A stretch of DNA of 64,000 nucleotides from Mobula hypostoma (taxonomy: Eukaryota): the NCBI RefSeq assembly GCF_963921235.1, contig NC_086097.1:58902001-58966000 (forward strand), read 5' to 3'. How positions within the stretch are numbered: position 1 is the first letter of the stretch; every line of letters starts with the position of its first letter. The translations under genes and the position numbers were made by a program. Positions 52,700-64,000 of the stretch are shown here, in pieces. Under the pieces are notes generated by a model. That model worked only from the letters and a program-made list of their open reading frames with translations. It was not told the origin of the DNA and did not search any database.

Positions 52700-55600
52700 A
52701 TTATAAATGATATCAAATCAGTAGAAACATCAGTAGATCGGAAGATGATGAATCCTTGTGGGTTGAGTTAAGAAACTGCAAGGGTAAAAGGACATTGATG
52801 GCAGTTATATCCAGGCCTCCCTACAGTGGCTGGAAGGTGGGCCACAGGTTACAACAGGAAATAGAAAAGGCGAGTCGAAAGGGCAATGTTATGGTAGTCA
52901 AGGGAGATTTTAACATGCAGGTCGATTGGGAAAATCAGGTTCGTAATGGATCTCAAGAGAGTGAGATTGTTGAATGCCTAAGAGATAGCTTTTTAGAGCA
53001 GTTTGTCATTGAGCCTACTAGGGGATCAGCTATACTGGATTGAGTGTTATGTGATGAACCGGAGGCGATTAGGGAGCTCAAGGTAAAAAAAAAACCCTTT
53101 GGATCCAATGATCACAATATGATTGTGTTCAACTTGAAATTTGATAGGGCGAAAGTAAAGTCTGATGTAGCAGTATTTCAGTGGATTAAAGGAAATTACA
53201 GTGGTGTGAGAGAGGAGTTGGCCGAAGTAAATTGGAAGGAGCTACTGGCAAGGGTGGCAGCAGAGCAGCAAAGGTGTGCGTTTCTGGGAAAAAATGAGGA
53301 AGGTGCAGGACATGTATATTCCAAAAATGAAAAAATGTTCAAATGGTAAAATAGTACAACCATAGCTGACAAGGGAAGTCAAAGCTATTGTAAAAGCAAA
53401 AGAAAGGGCATACAAGAAAGCAAAAATTAGTGGAAAGAGAGAGGATTGGAAAGTTTTTAAAAACCTACAAAGAGCAACTAAAAAAACATTAGAAGGGAAA
53501 AGATGAAATACGAAAGCAAGCTAGTGTAACTTTTACTTCTGCTAGTGGCTTAATATAGGGGACGATAGACCCTGGCCTGGCCAAACTTAAGAAATCTCGT
53601 TTTGGTGGATGCTGTGCGATATGTCCCCTGTTACAAATCAGTACCCCGAAATAAAGAACAGTACACAATACGCGATTAAACGATTAAGCTTTATAATTCT
53701 TACTTTGACTACATGGTTAGTAAAGAAATGACAAAAAACGAAAAAAAAGGGCTCAATCTTATTAAACAGTCTGTTGCGTAATGTTGGAGCTCACTGATAA
53801 GCCAATCACCACTGCCCTTTGGACCCTCGCTTCTAGTCCACTCCGTCCGGCGGTCTACCAACTCTCTCAATTCCAGTCTTCTCTCCTCATCTCTCCCCAG
53901 CAAAGAACCGCAAAAATCTCTCTTGCAGACTCACAAGAAAGAACAACAGCATTTCAAACACCATTATCTCTAGCCATAACCAAACATTGCTGCTACAGAG
54001 AAACCATTACATTATCAGTGAAACCCTATAGCATGTTACACTAGCAAATAATATCAAAGTGGATAGTAAAAGTTTTTTCAAGTATGTTAAAAATAAAAGA
54101 GAAATGAGAGTGGCTATAGGACCGCTAGAAAATGAGGAAGGAGAAATAATAATGGGGAAGATGGAGATAGCTGATGAACTAAATGAGTATTTTGCATCGG
54201 TCTTCACTGCAGAGGACACTAGCAGTATGGCTGATGTTGTAGTGTTTGAAGGAAGAGAAGTGGATGCAGTTATTATTACAAGAGAGAAGGTGCTCAAAAA
54301 GCTGAAATACCTAAAGGTACATAAACCACCCGGACCAGAGGAACTACACCCTAGGGTTCTGAAAGAGGTAGCAATATAGATTGTGGTGGCATTAGAAATG
54401 ATCTTTTAAAAATCATTGGATTCTGGCATGGTGCCAGAGGACTGAAAAATTGCAAATGTCACTCCACTCTTTAAGAAAGGAGGAAGGCAGCAGAAAGGAA
54501 ATTATAGACCAGTTAGCCTGACCTCAGTGGTTGGGAAGATGTTAGAGTCAATTGTTAAGGGTGAGGTGATGGAGTACTTGGGGACACAGAACAAGATAAT
54601 ACAAAGTCAGCATGTTTTCCTTCAGGGAAAATCCTGCCTGATGAAGCTGTTGGAATTCTTTGAGGAGATTACAAGTAGGATAGATAAAGGGGATGCAATG
54701 GATGTTGCATATCTGGAATTTCAGAAGTCCTTTGACATGCTGCCACACAAAAGGCTGCTTACCAAGTTAAGAGCCCATGGTATTACAGGAAAGTTACTAA
54801 CATGGTTAGAACATTGGCTGATTGGTAGGAGGCAGAGAGTGGGAATAAAAGGATCCTTTTCTGGTTGACTGCCAGTGACTAGTGGTGTTCCGCAGGGGTC
54901 GGTGTTGGGACTGCTTCTTTTTATGCTGTATATAAATGACTTAGATGATGGAATAGATGGCTTTGTTTCCAAGTTAGCAGATGATGCAAAGATTGGCAGG
55001 GGGCAGGTAGTGTTGAGAAAACAGGTACGATACAGAAGAACTTAGACAGATTAGAAGAATGGGCAAGAAAATGGAAAATGAAATACAATTTGGAAAATGC
55101 ATGGTCACACACTTTGGAAGTAGAAGTAAACATGCGAACTATATTCTAAATGGGGAGGAAATCCAGGAATCTGAGATGCAAAGGGACTTGGGCGTTCTTG
55201 TGCAGAACACCCTGAATGTTAACTTGCAGGTTGAGTTGGTGGTGAGGAATGCAAATGCCATGTTAGCTTTCATTTCAAGAGATCTAGAATACAAGAGCAA
55301 GGATGTGATGCTGAGCCTTTATAAGGCACTGGTGAGGCCTCACCTTGAGTATTGTGAACAGTTTTGGGCTCCTCATCTTAGAAAAGATGTGCTGGAATTG
55401 GAGAGGGTCCAGAGGAGGTTCACAAGGATGATTCCAGGAATGAAAGGGTTATCATATGAGGATGGGCTGTAGTCTCTGGAATTCAGAAGTTTGGAGGGGA
55501 GGGATCTCATTGAAATCTTTTGAATATTGAAAGGCCTAGACAGAGTAGATGTGGAAAGGATGCTTCCCATGGTTGGGGAGTCTACGACAAGGGGGCACAG

Positions 55601-55855
55601 ACTCAGGATAGACAGGTGCCCTTTTAAAACAGAGATGTGGAGAAATTTATTTAGCCGAAGGGTAGTGAATTTGTGGAATTTAACGCAGAGATTGATAGGT
55701 TCTTGATTGGACATGGCATCAAAGGTTATGGGGAGAAGCCCAGGAACTGCAGTTGAGGAGGAGTTAAAAAAAAAAGGACCAGCCATGATTGAATGGCGAA
55801 GCAGGCTCGATGGGCCAGGTGGCCTAGTTCTGCTCCTATGTCTTTATGGTCTTAT
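52700..55855 (+). mobile_element. CR1 LINE ORF2 (5'-truncated), interrupted by a solo LTR
   Basis: WVELRNCKG, GDFNM, LNEYFASVFT, NYRPVSLTSVVGK, YINDLD, KLADD and LEYCEQFWAP; same tail type as 9335-12480. Confidence 0.92.
53525..54040. mobile_element. Solo LTR (516 bp), probably Gypsy
   Basis: Starts TGTAAC and ends GTTACA; 4-bp TSD CTAG at 53521-53524 and 54041-54044; removing it restores CR1 YESKLANNIK. Confidence 0.9.
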
Positions 55856-57727
55856 AAATATAAAATCAATATAAATTACTGTACATTTAATGAAATATAC
55901 ACAAGTATTAGCTCACCACTCTTGTACAATTCAGAACCCATCTTCTACGTCCTATGTCCTTTTGCCTAACCTATCATTTCTAATCAGTGCTGCCAGTCAA
56001 GTGATTGAACAGCAGTTTGCTCACAATGAGGGAGCTTCAAATTGGCCACAGAGATGACATGAATCCTAAATAGTTTGGACAGTACGTTCTTGTTTGCATG
56101 ACCTAGCTGGAATAAGTAAGAGATGCATAAACCCACTGCTGGCTTGAAAAAAAAATTAACAGAAGTCATGTTGGTATAAAATGGTAGGGAGATAAGATTT
56201 TAGAAGGAAGATTAGATTTGAAGAGACAATAACCTTCATGAACTGGGCATGAACATGGTACTTAAGCCAGTGATGACCACCGTTTATTCCACTAGGCTGC
56301 TTGTTAAATATTCTTTTTGTAACACCTGTGTAGCACCAATCTTATCATGTGTGACTAGTCGTTGCACTCTTTACAGAAAATCAAATTACTCCAGGTGCTA
56401 ATAGGCCATCAGAAGGTTCTAGGTATTGGAAGGAGGCAGTAAATAGAAACCACGCATTTCTGGAAATAATGTTTTGTTCGTAAGAAAAACAACAATATGT
56501 ACAAAACATTTACATGAGCAGGAATTCAAAATTCAAACATTCTGTTTAGGTTCTAAATCTTAGACTTCAACAAAAGCCAAATTCGTGTTTAATTAGAATC
56601 AGTTATATTTATTAGAATAACCTTTGTTACTCCAATTTCTCTAATTAGATCTAATGTTATTCCCTATTTAAAAGTTTACAGACTAAACTTTCCTTTTTAC
56701 TTATCACTAGTTAGTTAGAAAACCAAATATAATTCCTATTCTCAAGTATTATAGTTAACTTCAGTTTCAGTTCCAGGCAGTATATCTACAAGTTTAATTC
56801 AAATTCAAAAATTATGTACTTATACAGCTTAACTCCTTTCCCAACAATATTCCAATATGACAACTATTACAAAGTAAATCTCTTTCAGTAACTTATCAAA
56901 GCCTTTGCAAAAGTAATCAGTTCTTGCAGAAACTCAAATTCAGATTCTTCAAATGAAAATAAACTTATACATCCAACTGTATTAAATCTTCTGCATCATT
57001 ACACATTTCATTCCCGCGCTGATTTGAATGTAAGTTTTTACGAGGAACTTGCTAAGTATCTTCCGTTTTGTGAAAGGGTATCAGACAGCATATTATAAAT
57101 GCTATTACTCTTAGCCAAAGATCTCAATAGACCCATGACAGTAAGAAAATCAAGTGTTATCTTTTAACTTGACCATAATGCACGATAAACAAGTTATACA
57201 AAGTTACAATTCATATTCTTAATTGAAGGAGCGAGTTGCATAAAGAAAAGGCATCAACCACCGTGGGCAACCAGTAACAGTTAATATCTTGAACTGTGCT
57301 TCCCTATTGTACTTTAGCAAATGTTGCAGAATGTACACAATTGTTATTGAAACAGTACCTCTGACATCATAATGCCAGGCTTTGACAGATATTTTGAGTT
57401 GCATTGTGCAGTTATCAAAATTGTTGTCTAACATTTGGCTCAACATTTCTGGAGTTCATCAGATTTCCTCCAAATTATTTCAATTCAACAAAAAAAAAGT
57501 ATTTTAGGGGCATGCACACAAGCAAGACATAATGCTGGAATATTTTCCAAAGACAGCTCTATGGTTGGCATCATTGTTTCCCACTCGTTTTCACCATCAC
57601 TAAAAATAAAAGTTTGTTTTTTTGCATCTTTATAATGTAATATTCAAACCATCAATAAGACATTATACAACATCACCCATTAAAATAACAAAGCCTCCAC
57701 ACATGGTTCCAGGCCATACATGGCATT

Positions 57728-57803
57728 TTACGTTCCATAATGGATAGTCGTAACTGGAGAACTGTTATTTTTAGTCTCAGTCCCTATTTGTTTATCAGTT
57801 TTC
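57728..57803 (-). CDS. Candidate terminal coding exon of an unidentified host gene
   Basis: Strong acceptor TTTTTTTTCAG then G AAA ACT..; reads KTDKQIGTETKNNSSPVTTIHYGT*; followed by unique AT-rich sequence resembling a 3' UTR. Confidence 0.3.
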
Positions 57804-58064
57804 CTGAAAAAAAAGCCCTATAAAAGCAAAAGTTACTTATAAAAAAAAATCAGATCTGATAACCAGAGGTGTATTTTTCTGATTTACTTTTTTTCCAACT
57901 GATCTAAAACAATGGTAGGCTGAGATACTTGCAGCTTAATGCTATCTGTCATTTCAGACTCCAAGGACATTTACTTCCCAGAGCAGCTTAAACAAGTCAA
58001 TAAAATAATCTCTGCCAACTTTTCAATGCTTCATTTCACTTGTGACATAAAAGTACATAATTAC

Positions 58065-58167
58065 CTTGGAAGATCGCCTTCCAACTTCGACAAACATGTG
58101 AGAATGTCAGGTGAAAGACCACGCACTTCTTGCACAACAGTTAATGAATGTTTGGCTTCGGAAGACA
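58065..58167 (-). CDS. Candidate internal coding exon (103 bp)
   Basis: CCTTTTCCAG acceptor and AAG/GTAATT donor; reads SSEAKHSLTVVQEVRGLSPDILTCLSKLEGDLP; end phase fits the candidate terminal exon. Confidence 0.3.
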
Positions 58168-59032
58168 CTGGAAAAGGATCTCAATCCCAAGCTTTTCTTA
58201 TAGTATTACTGAAGGTTGCTAAAAGCACCTACTAATTCACAACAAATGATAAATAAATGAATACCTGCATGCAGTGCCCATGGTGAAATTGCTTGCCAGT
58301 GATACTTCATGCTCACTTCCCTATGGGTTTTAATGGCTCTGAGAGATTTTAGTGCTCACAAAAGAATCTTCAACAAGATTTATATGATTACTCTGAAAAT
58401 ATGAAGCTCTTTTCCACTCTTTGGTTTTCAGACTATGCATTGATTACACATTTTTCATCAATAATCACATTGCCAGGTTCCTTTATGGAACATTCCTACA
58501 ATATTCTTTGTATAAGGAAAGGACTAACTGCAAAGACACACCTAACAAGTTAGATTGTACCAATGGTGAATTACCTTCTCCTTCCAACCCAATTACCCAG
58601 AACGATAATTTCTGACTTTTCAGAAGATGTTGATTGCTGATGGAATGACCCACAATGACCTTAAGGCACAAGCTGCCTTGTGACCTTGATCAATTGTCAA
58701 CAATGCAGTGGACATCATTTACAGTGTCATGACCCATATTAGCAACATTAACCAGCTACCTACAGATACATTAAACAAGCTACCACTATCTCAACTGGTT
58801 TACCTTTAGTCTGGTGCATGAAGAGGTACCATCTGCATGGAACTGAAGATTTAAATGTACTATAAGCTCTTTGACATAGCCCCTCTTCCTACATTATTTG
58901 GAAAGAGTTCTGCTCCTTTTCATGCAAGTCACAGGTAACAAAAGCAATTTGTCACTTGAGTGCATGCTTCCTGGCCCAGGTGGATACTCGGCTTTATTTT
59001 AGAGCTTCAAGTCTGTCGCAATTGCTACATAA

Positions 59033-59573
59033 CCAGCCGTCTCTATTTCCTGAGGAGACTGAGGTCCTTTAACACCTGTCAGACAATGCTGAGGATGTTC
59101 GACGAGTCTGTGGTGGCCAGTGCGATCATGTTTGCTGTTGTGTGCTGGGGCAGCAGGCTGAGGGTAGCAGACACCAACAGAATCAACAAACTCATTCGTA
59201 AGGCCAGTGATGTGGTGGGGATGGATCTGGACTCTCTGACGGTGGTGTCTGAAAAGAGGATGCTGTCCAAGTTGCGTGCCATCTTGGACAATGTCTCCCA
59301 TCCACTACATAATGGACTGGTTGGGCACAGGAGTATGTTCAGCCAGAGACTTATTCCACTGAGATGCAACACTGAGCATCATAGGAGGTCATTCCTGCCT
59401 GTGGCCATCAAACTTTACAACTCCTCCATTGGAGGGTCAGATACCCTGAGCCGATAGGCTGGTCCTGGACTTATTTCATGGCATAATTTACATTATACTA
59501 TTTAATTATTTATGGTGCAACTGTAACGAAAACCAATTTCCCTCGGGATCAATAAAGTACGACTATGACTATG
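59033..59573 (+). mobile_element. Rex1/Babar 3' fragment
   Basis: SRLYFLRRLRSFN, VVASAIMFAVVCWG, SHPLH and RSFLPVAIKLYN; AATAAA then (GACTAT)n tail. Confidence 0.9.
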
Positions 59574-61891
59574 ACATGCCGTCTACTATATTTGATAGAT
59601 ATACTGATAATCGGCTGAAGTTACCCTCAGACTTAACGATTCTCACCATCCGCAGATAGGACATTTCATGGTAAACAGGATTTGGCAGTGAATGGACTAC
59701 TGCAAATGGTAGGCAAGAAAATGATGGCAGGTCTTCTATCCCATGTTTGGGACCAAAGCAATAAATCAGACGAAGGAACAATGCTGGGAGAAAGTAGCTG
59801 AAGCCAGAATATTCCACCCTCCACATGACCAACAGCTCACATTCAAGCCCACTAAAGTTTCACTTCCCTCACATACCTGAATTCCTTCTGTTCGTACAAG
59901 TCCTCTTTCTTGATAAGTCATTCATTATGATCTTTATGCCATCAGTCTGCCTTCTGTCAGGAGTCACGTGCTAATAACTGGAAGGCTTTTCATTGATGTT
60001 CTTATTGATTAGGCCTCTTTCTTTATAGTGACTCACCTGCAGAAACATAAACCAGATACGGTCATACTAGGTGGTGACATTTACTTAATTCAATATCCTG
60101 GCAGCTCAGAGGACAAGCCAAGCTAATCTTTTTTTGACAATTTCTTATCTTTGTAGTCTACCCCTAGACCTTGCAGATTCTCTTTATATATGGACCAAAT
60201 TGCAGCAAAATACAACTCTGCTCGCAAAAGGATGTGAAAGAACGCACACATTTACTAAGAACTCCCTATTTAAGAAGCTTGCTAGATGCCCAAATGTGAC
60301 CATTTAACTGAGGCAAAGGATATGATGAGAGAGTTTGCACAAAGTTAGAAGCTTCAGTATTTAAATTTACTTTAATTAATGTACAATGAGAATGAAGCTT
60401 GCATAGCTTTACTTTGCCCACTCAAAAGTCAGGTATTACTAAAGGTTACCGTCATCTAGGTTCTAATCTGTCAAGAGAGCTTCACTCAATTTAACTTGAG
60501 GTCTGAGCTCAAACTACATGTTAAAGTTGATTTGAAAAATGTGTGTGGAAATGCTACCACCAGATGGTGTAGAGAGACTTCAGGTAATAAAACAGCAGGG
60601 TCGCTCTGTATCTACTTCATGCTGCTGGGCACAGCACTTGTTGACTCACATATTCAAATCACACTTTGGCAGCTGGTGTTTGTGCCACTTTGATTCCTAT
60701 AACTGAAAAATAAACAATTGAAAAATCACTTGCATTACAGTCCCACTGACTACTTTTGAATAGAAATTGTCTTTAATGGGGATATTTTCCATGCCATTCC
60801 CAAACATATCTGATTTTACGCATATTTCTCAAACTAATTAACTGAAAGCTTCTTGTGCCTAATGTTCTTTGACTATCCCTAGAGTATACATCATACCTAT
60901 TGATTGCCGTACTGTATATTCTCAGGAGAACAATAGGGTGATCACCACTTCAGCAAAATTACCTCCAATGGCAAATGAAGTCCAGCCTCTCAAGCTGCAT
61001 TCATTGAGAGCTTTCTGATTTTTGATGCATGAGTTTCCATCTGTTGCATTTATAGTCAGCCTGTAAATTTTCTGAAATCAGGGTATCAGTTCCCTTGTGG
61101 AATGACAGAGCATTTTTGCAAAAAGCACCAGGTTGATTTTTGAGTTGTAATTTTATTCTTCACACAGGAATACAAGTGGAACCTACTTTTTCAAACTTTT
61201 TGTTGAATTGCAGTATGAAGTAATTAAACTTTCCTGCAGAAGTATAAAAATAAATTGCATGCTAGTTAGTGCCAATTTCACTCTGTTGTGACAATTTCAA
61301 AGTGTTCAGTTTATGACAGTGAGAAATAACTTATTTTTTCTTAGCCCACTAATGTTGGTCTTACGTTCCTCCTTTCCCCATGCCCTTCAACTCTCAAGGA
61401 GATAATAAAAAATCTACGAAGTAGCTGAGAATAGATTACTGGGATACAAATGCTTGTCATTTGTGTCTTGGTCAAATCTAATCCAAAAGGTCACATGATG
61501 CTTACTTTTCCTGGCACAATACAAGGATAGGTTATAGGTACAGGATTTAGCTGTGGTTTGAACACGAGTTACCACACACTTGTTTTAATTTGCTTGTGTT
61601 AAAGCAGAACAGTGATTGCAGGCCCCAGTGATTACATATTTTTTAATAGATTCCAGATGTATTTTCCAACTTTGGTATTTGAAGTGGTTTTCAATGAGGT
61701 TTGATTGGTGATGAATCACTCACAAAAAAAAACCCTTTTGTGACCTACTTTTGTCACATGTTTACACAATTGTTTCTGGTAATAAAGTTTGTAGAAGGGC
61801 AGTTGGAGGGAGTGGATTATTTTAGAACATGTTGCGATCTAGAAAGAGACTAGAATTGGGCAAGTCAGCACAAACATCATGGACCAAATGA

Positions 61892-61990
61892 CACATAAAA
61901 AATGCCGGTGAACACAGCAGGCCAGGCAGCATCTATAGAAAGAGGTATGGTCAAAGTCTCAGGCCGAGACCCTTCGTCAGGACTCATTCG
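61892..61990 (-). mobile_element. 99-bp Penelope 3'-end insert with a decayed hammerhead
   Basis: Minus strand GAGTC-CTGACGA-AGGGTCTCGGCCT-GAGA; homologous to 49236-49335; 15-bp TSD TCATGGACCAAATGA at 61877-61891 and 61991-62005. Confidence 0.85.
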
Positions 61991-62879
61991 TCATGGACCA
62001 AATGAGCTCCTTCTATGCTATAAAATTCTACTGTTAGAAATTCATTTTTGGTTGATGATATTAAGCATTAGATATCACACTAGAGCATTGTACCTTGCCT
62101 GTGGAAATAATTTCATTGATTTTGACGACAGAGCACAATGTGCTAATGTGATTACATAATATGTTTATTGAAACCAATTGGGGATGGGTTTCTCAACATA
62201 CAATTCTAATTTACAATTATTGGATTAATTCCTTTTACTCAATTAAAGCATTATTTAAGAATCCCAAAAGAGTATTTTGTCCATGATTCACTGGAAAGCA
62301 TATTGCATGTCATGTATTTTCAGCACTTCAGCAGGCATATTAAAGCATGGAGAGCATATTAAAAGAACTGTTCCAGTACAGTACTAACTTTCACAAGAGC
62401 TCATGGGGCTGGAGGGCATATAAAGGCAATCTGCAAACTCCCATTACAGTGAGCATGCGAAGGTGAAATTAATAGCAGAGGTTGAGTTGGATATACTCCA
62501 AGTAGAATACTTAATTACAAATACACATAGGTGACATACTCTCTGGTCAAAGGTTCACTCAGCAGGGATAATGATGAGGAATAGAAAGACATTATGCACA
62601 TCAAAAATGGATATTTACATTTATATGATTTATGCACTCAGTCCATACTGGAAATTTCTGCATATTTCAGAATCATTTTGTCACCAAATTTCTGCTTGTA
62701 TACCAGCTTTATTGCAAATTACTATTATCTTTGACTCTGACTTTGCCTTTGCCATATACATACTTGGCATATAAAGGCAATCTGCAAACTTCCATTACAG
62801 TGAGCAAGTGAAGGTGTAATTCACTTGAAACTTCATTATCCTGAATGTGCCACAGATTAGACTTCATTGACTTACTCAC

Positions 62880-62970
62880 ACACCCACCGCCCCTCTCCAG
62901 TTTGACTGCCATTTGCTCTTGAAATGCTAAAATTCTCTCCTCAATTTCCATTCTGTTAATAGTGGCATAT
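62880..62970 (-). CDS. Candidate internal coding exon (91 bp)
   Basis: CTCTTGCAATAG acceptor and GTGAGT donor; reads YATINRMEIEERILAFQEQMAVKLERGGGC. Confidence 0.25.
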
Positions 62971-63509
62971 CTATTGCAAGAGTTACCACATTGCCAGTGG
63001 AAAATCAAGGTGGTGCTGCTGGTGCTGGTGGTGGTGGTGGTGGTGGTGTGGATCCCTTTTGCCTTCTCATGGACAATATTCAGTGCAATTTCACCTCCTC
63101 AGATCTCACCTGTTTTAAGTGGACCACATTGAAACAAAACTATCCAGAAAACTGGCAAAGCCCCTCAGGGTGAGCTGATTACCATATCTTCAGTGGTTTA
63201 AAATTAGGTCATTCACAGACGGTGGATTAATGCTGATTAAAAATTCTTATTTTTTATGATCAAACCCTTTTCACTGCATTTAAGAAATTTTAAACAGATG
63301 AGATAATTTTAGAATATTTAAAAACTAAAAGCAATACTTTGCAGGTGCTGGAAATCTAAAATAAAATTGCTAAATAGGCTCAGTGGATCAGGCAGTATTT
63401 GTAGTCTTCAGTTCAGATGCAAGAACTATTCGTTTCACCAGATTCTTCCTCACTCACTCACTATTTCCAACATCTTCTACTGAATATTTTATAAAGCAAT
63501 TTAAAATAT

Positions 63510-64000
63510 TTTTAAAAAATTACTCCAGCACCCCAGGGCACATTCAAAACCCAGACTCCAGCACCATCACTGGCGGCTCCAAAGACCATGGACACCTTCA
63601 AAGCGATTGCGCAACCACCAACTGCGACTCCAGCCTTGAACTCCTGGCCAGGTCTTCACATGCTGCTATTGTGACTCCCGTCTCCCCTTCCTCACCACCA
63701 CTCTGCAACCCCGTCTCCCTCAGATACCCCCGTCAACTCCTGGACCTTCAGAGGCTCCATCTTCCTCTCACCCCAACCCTCCCCCTCCACTGACACTACC
63801 AGCCTCCCTCCCCCTCCACTGACACTACCAGCCTCCCTCCCCCTCCCCCCTCAGATCCCACTTCTCATCCGTGCCAGGTCTTTACCATCCCCTCCAATCT
63901 TCAACTCTCTGAGGCAGAACGCTCTGTCCTCAGTAAGGGCCTTACCTTTTTCCCCCTTCACCCACACCTCAACGAGTTCCGTGTTCGCCATGATGCTGAA
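63510..64000 (+). mobile_element. Penelope-like element, N-terminal coding region (runs off window end)
   Basis: VFTIPSNLQLSEAERSVLSKGLTFFPLHPHLNEF matches the PLE LSxxExxVLxKGLxFxP motif; includes a 2 x 29-bp tandem duplication at 63782-63839. Confidence 0.8.

Noticed and set aside
58065..58228. Selenocysteine exon (in-frame TGA in AWD*DPFP using the upstream acceptor)
   Set aside because: An acceptor at 58168-58170 excludes the TGA; no SECIS element or selenoprotein similarity was recognised.
60963..61060. Additional minus-strand exon (LTINATDGNSCIKNQK..)
   Set aside because: Weak acceptor, and its phases do not fit the neighbouring candidate exons.
63008..63048. Poly-Gly/Ala ORF 62991-63173
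   Set aside because: Produced by a (GGT/GCT)n microsatellite; TTG start and no other coding support.

Overview
Eukaryotic, vertebrate-type DNA that is AT-rich and dominated by repeats. The mix of CR1, Rex1/Babar, RTE, fish-type L1, Penelope-like elements, hAT, Harbinger, Tc1 and Gypsy LTR remnants suggests a cartilaginous fish such as a ray or shark (inference). Most ORFs in the supplied track are fragments or antisense shadows of decayed retroelements, and there is no prokaryotic operon, CRISPR array, rRNA or genuine tRNA. Main structures: (1) a full-length, TSD-flanked L1 (about 28411-34606) with an intact ORF1, a broken ORF2 and a 9 x 61-bp tandem array between them; (2) a nested CR1>RTE>two-CR1 stack (39229-46374) containing a fold-back inverted repeat whose inner 94 bp are perfect; (3) two TSD-flanked inserts of about 100 bp that begin at a Penelope-type minimal hammerhead ribozyme; (4) a Gypsy solo LTR, a tRNA-derived SINE and a non-autonomous hAT with a possible 6-bp TSD; (5) a tentative chain of four phase-compatible minus-strand exons at 57.7-63.0 kb. 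Element boundaries were read by eye and are approximate unless a TSD or TIR is quoted.
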